Source: a virus
Strand: one strand, 5' to 3'
IMG/VR virus record: IMGVR_UViG_3300010034_000001
Coordinates: 1 to 40,859 of that record
Length of the DNA stretch: 40,859 bases
The notes below the pieces were generated by a model that saw only the letters and a program-made list of their open reading frames with translations, searched no databases and was not told the DNA's origin. The translations under genes were made by a program, and so were the position numbers. Every line of letters starts with the position of its first letter. The stretch's first letter is position 1. Positions 15,189-23,830 of the stretch are shown here, in pieces.

Positions 15189-15596
15189 ATGTTAGACACA
15201 ATACTTGCAACCGCGGCACTTGCCGCAGCTTTGTTTACTCCAGCAGAAAGTCGTGCAGCTGATATGCCAGCTCAAGATTTTCAAGTCGGTAAACGCTACA
15301 TTGTTAACTGTAAATCTGCCTCTTTTCAAGCAGTCACAATTAAAGCAGTGGGTGAATACACCATTACTTATGGTGATAGGGTCATGCTTAAATCCAGTGA
15401 TGAAGCACTTGAAAAAAGCGCTAAGGACACGTCAAATGCAGCTGTTAGAACCGATGTTGTAATGTTACACAACAATGATGTGATGAATTATGTTAATGGT
15501 TCTAAAGCTTATCGTGCCTCACAAGAAATTGAGCTGCCTGATGTTAATATGATTTGTCCTAAAGCAATACTTAGTGGGGTTCCTATAAGTAACTAA
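15189..15596 (+). CDS. Putative exported protein (135 aa)
   Basis: Start follows AGGGGA. The N-terminus MLDTILATAALAAALFTPAESRAAD looks like a signal peptide with an AxA-like cleavage site, although its n-region has no positive charge. Confidence 0.55.
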   Translation: MLDTILATAALAAALFTPAESRAADMPAQDFQVGKRYIVNCKSASFQAVTIKAVGEYTITYGDRVMLKSSDEALEKSAKDTSNAAVRTDVVMLHNNDVMNYVNGSKAYRASQEIELPDVNMICPKAILSGVPISN

Positions 15597-15605
15597 GGTG
15601 ATATT

Positions 15606-15671
15606 ATGGAATATCTGATAATTGGGACAATGATTATAATCATTTCTATTTATTTTCTTTGGAAAGACTAA
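15606..15671 (+). CDS. 21-aa hydrophobic peptide (MEYLIIGTMIIIISIYFLWKD)
   Basis: AAGGTG lies 5 nt upstream of the ATG. The peptide is long enough for a single TM span. Confidence 0.4.
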   Translation: MEYLIIGTMIIIISIYFLWKD

Positions 15672-15676
15672 TTATT

Positions 15677-15720
15677 GGCAAGAGTAATTGTTAATTGAAC
15701 GTTTACTTTTGCCTCTTTTT
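15677..15720 (+). terminator. Rho-independent-type terminator
   Basis: 11-bp stem GGCAAGAGTAA/TTACTTTTGCC (one G-T pair), a 15-nt loop, then TCTTTTT. Confidence 0.6.
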
Positions 15721-15730
15721 GTCTGTATAA

Positions 15731-16228
15731 TTGGTGATCTTAAGCTTAAAAAGGAATTTAATCTTGAGGGAGCCAGAACAAAGGCTAGCTTTTGAGCCTA
15801 TTAAAAATCCAACAAAAAGACAAAAGCCTGACACAAATCGTGATCGAAAAAAATATAAGAGTAGTAAGTTTTCTGAGAAAAAATTAGCCAGAGGACTTGA
15901 AATTATTGCATCAGGTGGTACGCTCAGAGAATGTGCAGCAGAATTAGACATTAGTGCTAAAACTGCTTGTGATTGGTTTATTAAGTACGCTTATGACGAT
16001 TACATGAAAGCACGAGAAATACGATCATTAATTTATGTTGACGATATGCGTCATTATGTTCAAGATATGATAGCAGGCAGAATGAAAACAGAGGTTTTTC
16101 GTGAAATTAAAGATTTAAATAAATGGCAAGCATCACATGAAAATTCTAAGCTCTTTTCAGAACGTAAACATATAGATGTCAAAGTAAGTAAGATAACTGA
16201 TTTTTTGGATGGAATACCTGATGAGTAA
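15731..16228 (+). CDS. HTH DNA-binding protein, possible terminase small subunit (non-ATG start, exact start uncertain)
   Basis: The basic N-terminus is followed by LEIIASGGTLRECAAELDISAKTACDWF, which looks like an HTH. The gene lies upstream of terL. No in-frame ATG occurs near the 5' end, so a TTG or GTG start is likely. Confidence 0.4.
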   Translation: MVILSLKRNLILREPEQRLAFEPIKNPTKRQKPDTNRDRKKYKSSKFSEKKLARGLEIIASGGTLRECAAELDISAKTACDWFIKYAYDDYMKAREIRSLIYVDDMRHYVQDMIAGRMKTEVFREIKDLNKWQASHENSKLFSERKHIDVKVSKITDFLDGIPDE

Positions 16229-16487
16229 AAAATCAAAAGCTAGTAAAAATAAATCTATAAAATTTCATTTAGATAATTTTAAACATGTTTTAGATGAAAT
16301 ATTTACATTTGACCACAAAAAAGAAACTTTAAGAATAAATTTTTCTGGTGATTTTCTTCTTGAGGCTATAGGTTCTTTGTATATAGCTTCAATTAAATTA
16401 ATTGAAGCTTTTGAACGTGACGTTGTTATTGTGCATGAAGATTCTAAAATTGAGGATAGTGTGCCTGATGAAGAAAATTTATCTTAG
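16221..16487 (+). CDS. Hypothetical protein (88 aa)
   Basis: ATG overlaps the upstream stop (ATGAGTAA). Confidence 0.55.
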   Translation: MSKKSKASKNKSIKFHLDNFKHVLDEIFTFDHKKETLRINFSGDFLLEAIGSLYIASIKLIEAFERDVVIVHEDSKIEDSVPDEENLS

Positions 16488-16668
16488 ATTTTATGAAAAT
16501 AATAATGTAACTGACGAGACACAAACTTTACTCAATGAGTATCAAACCAAATTGCAACAAGCATTAGATGTGGGTGATTATAGGCCAATTATTAATTTAA
16601 TTTTATTTGGTAATCCAAAAATTGAATTGCCAATTAATTATAAGCTAATAACTAACTGGGAGGGATAA
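16468..16668 (+). CDS. Hypothetical protein (66 aa)
   Basis: The internal ATG at 16468 was chosen. GAGGA lies about 13 nt upstream. Confidence 0.45.
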   Translation: MKKIYLRFYENNNVTDETQTLLNEYQTKLQQALDVGDYRPIINLILFGNPKIELPINYKLITNWEG

Positions 16669-16989
16669 ATGTCCGAAGAAAAAAATTTTGCATTTGATAT
16701 TAAAAGGATATTAAAAGAAGAAAAATTTATTAGAAACTATTCTGAGGAAATGGCCAAACTTTCAGAATTATTAGATAACTACAAGAAAAATAGTGGTAAC
16801 GACATTGACGTTATAAAAAACTTTTTTTCTATGGTAGATGAATTAAAATCCATGTTAATATCAACAGTTGAAATCCAAGGCTTGATTTGCTCACAATTGA
16901 CTCGATATGAGGTGTTTTTGCAAATGGCAACAGAAGGCATAGATATAACCCAAAAAGTTAAAGAAGGTGAAATAAAGCTAGAAGATTGA
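16669..16989 (+). CDS. Helical protein, member A of a three-paralog array
   Basis: RBS GGGAGGG. The N-terminal FAFDIKRILKEEKF and later QLTRYEVFLQM blocks are shared with the next two ORFs. Confidence 0.65.
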   Translation: MSEEKNFAFDIKRILKEEKFIRNYSEEMAKLSELLDNYKKNSGNDIDVIKNFFSMVDELKSMLISTVEIQGLICSQLTRYEVFLQMATEGIDITQKVKEGEIKLED

Positions 16990-17012
16990 TTAATTTTAAA
17001 CTGGGAGGAATA

Positions 17013-17321
17013 ATGTTTAATATAGCAAAATTATTAGAAGAAAACGAATTTGTAGAGCAAACATTTAAATTAATGCGCGAATCTGTTAAAACTTTTGACA
17101 AATATTCAGACCATCCAGCAAAATTTGGCAGTAAAAAAGACATCATTAAAGACATGTTTTATAGAATTGATTTATTAAATGACATAGAACGTGACTTGCG
17201 TGAAACATATATAAGGATAGTGTCACAAATCACCAAATACGGCATGGTGATTACCATGTTAGAGGGTGAGACTCAAGTCATAATGGAAAATGAAGATGAA
17301 AGTGAGACAAAGTTAAATTAG
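17013..17321 (+). CDS. Helical protein, member B of a three-paralog array
   Basis: RBS GGGAGG. MFNIAKLLEENEF and QITKYGMVITML blocks are present. The internal ATG of the track ORF was chosen as the start. Confidence 0.65.
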   Translation: MFNIAKLLEENEFVEQTFKLMRESVKTFDKYSDHPAKFGSKKDIIKDMFYRIDLLNDIERDLRETYIRIVSQITKYGMVITMLEGETQVIMENEDESETKLN

Positions 17322-17381
17322 TCATGACATTATCACCACTTGTTGTGCCTGATAAATAAAAATTATGAATAAGGAGATTAT

Positions 17382-17693
17382 ATGCACGCTTTTGATATAT
17401 CAAAATTAATAAGCATGAAAAATTTTTCAATACAATGTCAAAAATTTTATGATAAAATGTGTGATGCGATAGAAGCGCACTCGAAATTCAAAATATCGCA
17501 AGATACTATTGAAGAATTGACTGCATCCCTGCAAGAAGATGCAAGATTGATGGGTGAAATTATTAAAATTATGGATGAGTACCTAAAATATTATTATGAA
17601 CATAAAGTTAGATTTGAAATTATTCTCCAAATAATTCAATCATCAGAAGATTTGGAAAGTATAAAAAAAGGAAAAAATAGGATTATTAATTAA
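17382..17693 (+). CDS. Helical protein, member C of a three-paralog array
   Basis: RBS AAGGAG. HAFDISKLISMKNF and HKVRFEIILQI blocks are present. Confidence 0.65.
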   Translation: MHAFDISKLISMKNFSIQCQKFYDKMCDAIEAHSKFKISQDTIEELTASLQEDARLMGEIIKIMDEYLKYYYEHKVRFEIILQIIQSSEDLESIKKGKNRIIN

Positions 17694-17750
17694 ATTTTTA
17701 TTTACTTATAAATAAAGGTTAAATAAATATTATTCAAAAGGATTTGAATA

Positions 17751-19322
17751 GTGTCACAATTTGCTCAGGAAGAGCTAAACATACAACATCGTAAAAAACT
17801 TAAGCGTTTTGAAACCGATTTTCCTTATTTCGCCAAACATTTACTTAAAATAAAAAGCGAACAAGGGAATTCTTTGCCATTTGTGATGAATCAATCACAA
17901 TGTATCCTACATGAAAAAATAGAGCAACAATTAGTCGAAACAGGCAAGGTTAGAGCCTTAATTTTAAAAGGCCGAAAAATGGGTATTTCTACCTATATTG
18001 CTGGCAGGCTTTATCACAAATGTACAATGCAACATGGCAAATCTGTATTTGTTATGGCGCACAAAGCTGATAGTACAAGTATATTATTTGATATGGCCAA
18101 ATATTTCTATGATAACATTGAAGAGCCATGCATGAAGCCGGATATTAAATATTCCAATGTTAAAAAATTCTCATTTGAAGAAATTGATGGTCAGTATTAC
18201 GTAGGTACAGCCGGCAGTGGTAATGTTGGACGTGGTAGTACACCACAATATTTGCATTGTTCAGAAGTTGCGTTTTTTGAAAACACCGAAGAAGTTAAAA
18301 CAGGCATTATGCAAGCAGTTCCAAAAATCAGAGGAACTGAAATTTATCTAGAAAGTACAGCTAATGGCATTAATAACATGTTTTATGACATGTGTATGGC
18401 TGCATTAGACGGTAAGAGCAATTATCAACTTATTTTTCTCCCATGGTACTGGATGGATAACTACGAATTTAATAAGCCATTTGATAACAATCTTAGTTTA
18501 AATCATGAAGAAGAGGAATATATAGAACTTTTTCTTAAAAAATATTCTAGAGAAAAGCAACTTAGAAAAATTTATTGGCGGCGTGACACAATAGCTGAGC
18601 TTGGACAATGGAAGTTTAAACAAGAGTTTCCAGCAACTATACAAGAAGCATTTGTAACCAGTGGTGATAGCCTTATTAAACCAAAACATATCATTAAAGC
18701 GCGTAACTGTACTAAAAAAGACAGAAATGCCCCAATGGTTATTGGCGTTGATCCAGCTCGTGAAGGTGATAGAACGGTTATTGTATTTAGAAGAGGGCGC
18801 GAAATACCGGCTTATTATGTATTTGATGAAATGGATGAAATGCAACTCTCAGGTATTCTTGCCAATTTTATTGATAAACATAATCCTGTGCTTGTTAATA
18901 TTGATGTAGGGCTTGGCTATGGTACAGTTGATAGGCTTCTTGAACTTAATTACCGAATGGTTAGAGGTGTTCATTTTGGCCAACAAGCCGATGAATCAGA
19001 TATTTATCGCAATAAAAGGGCAGAGATGGCACTAGCACTTGCCAGATGGATGGAAGAAGATGACATTAATATTCCAGATGATGATGCAATGCATAAAGAT
19101 TTAACCAGTGTTCCTGATATTAAATATGCAAGTGATGGCACTATTAAACTTGAAAGTAAAGAAAAAATTAAACAAACATTTGGCAAATCACCGGACATTT
19201 TCGATGCATGTATGTTAACCTTTGCTTTTCCTGTTAAGCGTCTTGAGGATAGAAATACACCAAAGATTACAGGCAAGGGGCCAAGTAAAGCGAGTTGGAA
19301 GCAAATTCAAAAGGTTGGTTAA
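17751..19322 (+). CDS. terL: Terminase large subunit
   Basis: 523 aa, GTG start behind AAGGA. LKGRKMGIST resembles the K(A/G)RQxGxS ATPase block of T7/P22-type terminases. The C-terminal half has acidic nuclease-type blocks (VIGVDPAREGDRTV, DIFDAC). Confidence 0.8.
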   Translation: MSQFAQEELNIQHRKKLKRFETDFPYFAKHLLKIKSEQGNSLPFVMNQSQCILHEKIEQQLVETGKVRALILKGRKMGISTYIAGRLYHKCTMQHGKSVFVMAHKADSTSILFDMAKYFYDNIEEPCMKPDIKYSNVKKFSFEEIDGQYYVGTAGSGNVGRGSTPQYLHCSEVAFFENTEEVKTGIMQAVPKIRGTEIYLESTANGINNMFYDMCMAALDGKSNYQLIFLPWYWMDNYEFNKPFDNNLSLNHEEEEYIELFLKKYSREKQLRKIYWRRDTIAELGQWKFKQEFPATIQEAFVTSGDSLIKPKHIIKARNCTKKDRNAPMVIGVDPAREGDRTVIVFRRGREIPAYYVFDEMDEMQLSGILANFIDKHNPVLVNIDVGLGYGTVDRLLELNYRMVRGVHFGQQADESDIYRNKRAEMALALARWMEEDDINIPDDDAMHKDLTSVPDIKYASDGTIKLESKEKIKQTFGKSPDIFDACMLTFAFPVKRLEDRNTPKITGKGPSKASWKQIQKVG

Positions 19323-19324
19323 TC

Positions 19325-19552
19325 ATGTGCAATATTTTATTCATTTCAAACCTAATTTTTGCTTTGTTGATAGTTTGTTTATTAATTCGCATTTGCATAT
19401 TAAGTGAAAAACTATCAACACAGAAACGTGACACCGAATATATAAAACACGAGACAAATAAAAGTATTCTTGAAGCTAAAAGAATAGCAGACCTTCATAA
19501 AAATTTGATAAGAATGTTGAAACAAGATGAGGACAACCATGGCATTAAATAG
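19325..19552 (+). CDS. Small membrane protein (75 aa; N-terminal TM plus charged helical tail)
   Basis: ATG at 19325 lies 2 nt after the terL stop. The hydrophobic stretch is ILFISNLIFALLIVCLLIRICIL. Confidence 0.55.
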   Translation: MCNILFISNLIFALLIVCLLIRICILSEKLSTQKRDTEYIKHETNKSILEAKRIADLHKNLIRMLKQDEDNHGIK

Positions 19553-19820
19553 TAACTGTAAAATATATTTAACATCGGCTGCACAAATTTTTCCGGCAAT
19601 ATCTTATATGATATTGTTTTTTTGGGCTATGTATATAGATAATAGAGCTCTAGCGGTTGCTGTGCTTATCATGCAGTTAATCAATACCGTCTTTGGGTTT
19701 ATTTGTTACCGTATTTATAAAACTATTTTTGCAGAACACCTTGAAACAAGAATCAAGCTAGTTGATTTAAGGAAAGATTTTCAAACACTAGAATCAAAAT
19801 TTAAAACAAAAAATGATTAA
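19539..19820 (+). CDS. Small membrane protein (93 aa; two TM helices plus helical tail)
   Basis: GAGGA lies 5 nt upstream of ATG 19539. Confidence 0.55.
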   Translation: MALNSNCKIYLTSAAQIFPAISYMILFFWAMYIDNRALAVAVLIMQLINTVFGFICYRIYKTIFAEHLETRIKLVDLRKDFQTLESKFKTKND

Positions 19821-20211
19821 AGTTAGTTTTTATATCTTATTTCAATTGCTTACTGTTGCGGGATTGTTCGCATGGGGAATACATGAGAATCATTGGTCTA
19901 TAACAATATTATTTATTGTTCTATTTATTATCCAGGCTTTTTATACAAGCAGACATGTTTTTTACGAATTAACTAAAAAATTAAAACGCATGAAGCAACA
20001 GATTTTAATCATACAAAATGAACTTGAAGTACAAAAAAATTGTAATGATGAAATAACGAATTCGCCAATTTATAAATATTATACAAATCATGTCCAAAAT
20101 CTGGAGCGTATGGGTTGCACAGAACGCGAAATAAGCCATTTCCGCAATTCAACACTTCGTTTTATGCTAAATTACTATAAAAAAATAAGTCGTCAAAAAT
20201 TGTATACATAA
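19813..20211 (+). CDS. Small membrane protein (132 aa; two TM helices plus a soluble C-terminal region)
   Basis: The start overlaps the upstream stop. Confidence 0.55.
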   Translation: MIKVSFYILFQLLTVAGLFAWGIHENHWSITILFIVLFIIQAFYTSRHVFYELTKKLKRMKQQILIIQNELEVQKNCNDEITNSPIYKYYTNHVQNLERMGCTEREISHFRNSTLRFMLNYYKKISRQKLYT

Positions 20212-20217
20212 TAGCTG

Positions 20218-20246
20218 TTGACTATTAATACAACTCGTTATAAAAT
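20218..20246 (+). promoter_or_regulatory. Sigma70-like promoter: TTGACT-17-TAAAAT
   Basis: Counted directly. It lies in front of the head-gene block. Confidence 0.6.
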
Positions 20247-20280
20247 CTCATTTTTCCTATTGAAACAAGGAGTGTTGAGA

Positions 20281-20499
20281 ATGGGATTGACCAGTATATT
20301 CAGACCCAGAACCCCTGATATTGCACCCGCGCCCGCACCAGCACCAGCTCCCGCGCCAACAACGGTTGGTACCGCAGATGATGAAGATAGTGTAGAAAAT
20401 TTACGTCGCAGACGTGCTTTATTGCAGGGCATTCAAGGCGGTGGACTGGGTGCTGGAACACCTGCAACAACGGGTCGTACTCGCCTATTGGGTACCTAA
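20281..20499 (+). CDS. Small virion-type protein with an (AP)6 linker, in the position of T7 gp6.7/7.3
   Basis: ATG follows CAAGGAG. The sequence MGLTSIF...APAPAPAPAPAP...RRRRALLQG...GRTRLLGT sits immediately upstream of the portal gene. The track TTG start at 20218 coincides with the -35 box. Confidence 0.55.
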   Translation: MGLTSIFRPRTPDIAPAPAPAPAPAPTTVGTADDEDSVENLRRRRALLQGIQGGGLGAGTPATTGRTRLLGT

Positions 20500-20522
20500 T
20501 AACCATTTATCAAGGACGATAA

Positions 20523-22223
20523 ATGCCAATACAAAATGATTTAGGCTCTGCCATCATTCAAGAATTTGAAGAATTATTTGAGCGTCGTGCTGTTTGGGAC
20601 GATCATTACCAAATAGTCGGTGATTTTGTTCATGGCTCTAAACAAGAATTTACCGAACTTAATACGCCTGGCGAAAGACTAAACGAAGAACGACACACAA
20701 GTATCGCTGTGTTTGCCTCCCGTTCGCTTGCATCAGCACTGATTGGCATGTTGTGGCCAAACGGCGCGCAATCCATGAAGTTGGTGCCATCACGTAATAT
20801 TACCGATAACCGAGAAAATAAAGAATATTTTGAACGTGTAACGGAAATCATGGTTCAAGCCATGAATGACCCATTGGCAGGACTTACCGTTGCACTTGAT
20901 GAGTATATGCTTGACCAAACTGCATTTGGCACCAGTGGCATTGGTGTATTTAAAGGTCGCGAAAGTGATTTACATTTTGAGGCTTGGGGCACGGCACAAC
21001 TTTTTATTGATGAAGGTGATGAAGGTCGTGTTGAAAAAGAATATCGACATTTTCGTTGGCATCTTAATCGTGTTGCTGAAACTTATGGACTTGAGAATTT
21101 AAGCCCAAGACTTCAAGAAAGATTTAAATCTCGCAAAAACACTACCGAACAAATACAACTGATTCACGCGATTAAACGTCGGAATAATCGAGACACACTT
21201 AAACGTGATGCCTTCAACATGCCTTATATGTCAGTTGTTGTTGAACGTGAAACCAAACATGTTATACGCGAAAGTGGCTTTACCGAAAATCCCGTTAAAG
21301 TCACCCGTTTTAGAAAATTGCCTTATGAAGTTTATGGTCGCTCACCTGGTATTGATGCATTAAGTGATGTATTAGAGCTTGATTATTTAACCGAACGGTT
21401 TACCGTTAATGTTGACAAAACAGGCGATCCCCCTTTAATTGTATTAGATGATGGCCGTTTTGGCGGTGGTATTATTGATACCTCACCTGCAGCCATTAAT
21501 GTGATGGATGTTAGTGGCCGTGTATCTAATAACATCGATCCCATCAAACCACTTTTTACCGTAGGTGAGTTAAATACAACACTCACCCGCATGGAGCAGT
21601 TAAGAGAAGCAATTGGACAACATTTCTTTTTGGACAAGTTGCTGGATTTCAATAATGAAACGCAAATGACTGCTTCAGAAGCGTTAATACGGGACAGAAT
21701 ACGAGCAGCAGCGCTTGGCTCCATATTTAATCGACAAGTGGCAGAACTTTTTGACCCTCTGATCTCCCGGTCATTTAATATGTTGTTATTGGAGAATAAG
21801 TTAGGCGTAACGAATAATTCACCTGAACAACGTTTGCTTGCAAACAGCAGTGATGATGTTTTAATCATTCCTGATGAAATTGCAAGAAAAATGGCACAAG
21901 GTCAAGATGTTTTTGAGATTAAATACTTTACACCTGCTGCTCGTATGCTACAACTTCAACGCTCTGAAGCGCTTAATCAGTTAACACTGTATGTACAAAC
22001 ACTACAAGCGGCCGACCCACAAGCAGGCGACATCTTTAACAATGATGAAGCCATTAAAATTGCAGCAGAGGTGGCAGGGCTCTCTAACATCCTGCGCTCT
22101 GATGAAGAAGTTCAAGGAATAAGAATTCAGCGTGCTGAACAGCAACAAGCAGCACAACAGGCAGAGCAAGCAAAATTAGAAAGTGAATCAGCTAGAAATC
22201 TTAATCAAGCCGGTGTTTTATAG
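20523..22223 (+). CDS. Portal (head-to-tail connector), T7 gp8 type
   Basis: Blocks align with my memory of T7 gp8: SRSLASALIGMLWP vs ARGLNNLASKLMLALFP, YEVYGRSPGIDALSDVLELDYL vs GESYGRSYIEEYLGDLRSLENL, and TQMTASEALIRDRI vs ERVTAEEIRYVASEL. The C-terminus is Q/A-rich. Confidence 0.88.
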   Translation: MPIQNDLGSAIIQEFEELFERRAVWDDHYQIVGDFVHGSKQEFTELNTPGERLNEERHTSIAVFASRSLASALIGMLWPNGAQSMKLVPSRNITDNRENKEYFERVTEIMVQAMNDPLAGLTVALDEYMLDQTAFGTSGIGVFKGRESDLHFEAWGTAQLFIDEGDEGRVEKEYRHFRWHLNRVAETYGLENLSPRLQERFKSRKNTTEQIQLIHAIKRRNNRDTLKRDAFNMPYMSVVVERETKHVIRESGFTENPVKVTRFRKLPYEVYGRSPGIDALSDVLELDYLTERFTVNVDKTGDPPLIVLDDGRFGGGIIDTSPAAINVMDVSGRVSNNIDPIKPLFTVGELNTTLTRMEQLREAIGQHFFLDKLLDFNNETQMTASEALIRDRIRAAALGSIFNRQVAELFDPLISRSFNMLLLENKLGVTNNSPEQRLLANSSDDVLIIPDEIARKMAQGQDVFEIKYFTPAARMLQLQRSEALNQLTLYVQTLQAADPQAGDIFNNDEAIKIAAEVAGLSNILRSDEEVQGIRIQRAEQQQAAQQAEQAKLESESARNLNQAGVL

Positions 22224-22553
22224 ATGACAGAAAAAGATTTTTTGAAATTAAAGACGTTATTTATTCAAGTTTTTAATAATGAACCTGGTTATAAAGTTTT
22301 GCATTTTATCATGAATGATTTGTGTGGCTATCAATCACCTATAACCACAATCAATGATAAAACCGGTGATTTAATGCCAAATGCGATGTTTCACAATGAC
22401 GGCAGACGCGGCGTTTACCTGGATATTCGAAAATTGTTATCTAAAGAAATTTTGCAAAAAGTAGAAACGATGGAATACCAAATAAAAAAACCAGAGCCAT
22501 CGGATGATAAAGAACATCCATTTATAACGTATCACAAGAAGAAAAAAGAATAG
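22224..22553 (+). CDS. Small conserved head-module protein (109 aa), function unknown
   Basis: ORF between portal and scaffold. Its ATG directly follows the portal stop. Confidence 0.55.
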   Translation: MTEKDFLKLKTLFIQVFNNEPGYKVLHFIMNDLCGYQSPITTINDKTGDLMPNAMFHNDGRRGVYLDIRKLLSKEILQKVETMEYQIKKPEPSDDKEHPFITYHKKKKE

Positions 22554-22561
22554 AGATTAAT

Positions 22562-23437
22562 ATGACAGAAACACCAGTTCAGCAACCTATATCAGAAACC
22601 GGCAATCAAACATTTTCAGTACCTAATACTGTTGGTGATATGTCAAAACCAACAGATACACCCGTTAATCTATCGGATATTGTGCCTGCCGATTATCGTG
22701 ATAGACCTTATTTATCTAAAATTCAAGATATTGATGGTCTGTTTAAAGCCTTTGATAACGCACAAAGTTTAATAGGAAAACGTGGTATTCATATTCCAAC
22801 AGAAACAGCAGGTGAGGCAGATTGGAATGAATTTTATAAACAACTTGGTAGACCAGATGAGGCAAGTGGCTATGAACTTAATATGCCTGATAATTTACCA
22901 AAAGAGTTATCAATTGATGACAAACAAATGGGTGAATTTAAAGAAATAGCCCATCAATTGGGTTTAACGCCTAAACAAGCTCAATCATTGGTTGATTTTC
23001 AAGTCAAACGCGAACAATCATTGTTTGAATCATCACAAAAGCAAATTCAACAATCACAAAAGCAAGTTGATGCTGAATTCGATAAATTAGCAGCCAATAC
23101 ATTTGGCGATAGGGCTGATGCAGCTATCGGTAATGCTAAGCAATTGTTAAGTAAATACGCGCCTAATGATTTTGTAGGCGATATTAATCAATTAGATAAC
23201 AAAACGTTGATTGCTTTAACATCCGTATTAGACGGGATTTCAAAAGATTACATTTCAGAAGATTCACCTGTCAGAGGCCAAAGTGTTGCGGCAAAAACAC
23301 AAGAAGAAATGTTAAGTGAGGCAAGGCTATTAATGCAGTCTGAGGCTTTCCGTAATCCAATTCATGTTGAACATGAAACGACCAATAAAAGGGTTCAATC
23401 CATCTACCAACACCTTTATGGTAATAACAAACGATAA
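22562..23437 (+). CDS. Probable scaffolding protein
   Basis: The call rests on position (after portal, before capsid), size (291 aa) and Q/E/K/D-rich helical composition. Confidence 0.5.
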   Translation: MTETPVQQPISETGNQTFSVPNTVGDMSKPTDTPVNLSDIVPADYRDRPYLSKIQDIDGLFKAFDNAQSLIGKRGIHIPTETAGEADWNEFYKQLGRPDEASGYELNMPDNLPKELSIDDKQMGEFKEIAHQLGLTPKQAQSLVDFQVKREQSLFESSQKQIQQSQKQVDAEFDKLAANTFGDRADAAIGNAKQLLSKYAPNDFVGDINQLDNKTLIALTSVLDGISKDYISEDSPVRGQSVAAKTQEEMLSEARLLMQSEAFRNPIHVEHETTNKRVQSIYQHLYGNNKR

Positions 23438-23503
23438 GTATTTTAATTTATCTTAAAGCTAGTATATGATTAGTGTTTCCAACATAGCTAAAGGGAGACA
23501 ATT

Positions 23504-23752
23504 ATGCTGGATTTATCTCAATCTGATAAAGAATTAATGTTAAAAGTTAAACAATTTCCAAAATTAAAGCAATTGATTGAATCAATGATTGAAAAGCTAG
23601 AACTAGGTTATCAATTTTATAATGCACTTGAAATCGTCAGCCATGAAATGATTGTTAAAGTTCCAACTTCGGGGTCAACTTCAACTTTAGTATCTGAAAA
23701 AAAATTAGATAACAATACTGTTATCAAACTACTTAAACAAAGCCTTTTCTAA
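23504..23752 (+). CDS. Hypothetical protein (82 aa) in the scaffold-capsid insertion
   Basis: RBS AAAGGGAGACAATT. Confidence 0.55.
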   Translation: MLDLSQSDKELMLKVKQFPKLKQLIESMIEKLELGYQFYNALEIVSHEMIVKVPTSGSTSTLVSEKKLDNNTVIKLLKQSLF

Positions 23753-23771
23753 CAATGCTATCCCTCATTAG

Positions 23772-23800
23772 TTGATTTTTAAGCAGAAATTGCTTATAAT
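23772..23800 (+). promoter_or_regulatory. Strong sigma70-like promoter: TTGATT-17-TATAAT
   Basis: The -10 box is perfect, the spacer is 17 nt, and the -35 box matches 4/6. Confidence 0.7.
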
Positions 23801-23830
23801 AAGTGCAATACTATTGGGGGGGCAGCAATC

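Noticed and set aside
15703-15951. 82-aa minus-strand ORF overlapping the start of the HTH / small-terminase candidate
   Set aside because: It overlaps a terminator and a better-supported plus-strand gene, and it has no RBS.
20324-20359. (AP)6 region as a DNA microsatellite or contingency locus
   Set aside because: The codons vary (GCA/GCG/GCT and CCC/CCA), so the repeat is kept at the protein level as a linker rather than as a slippage-prone DNA repeat.
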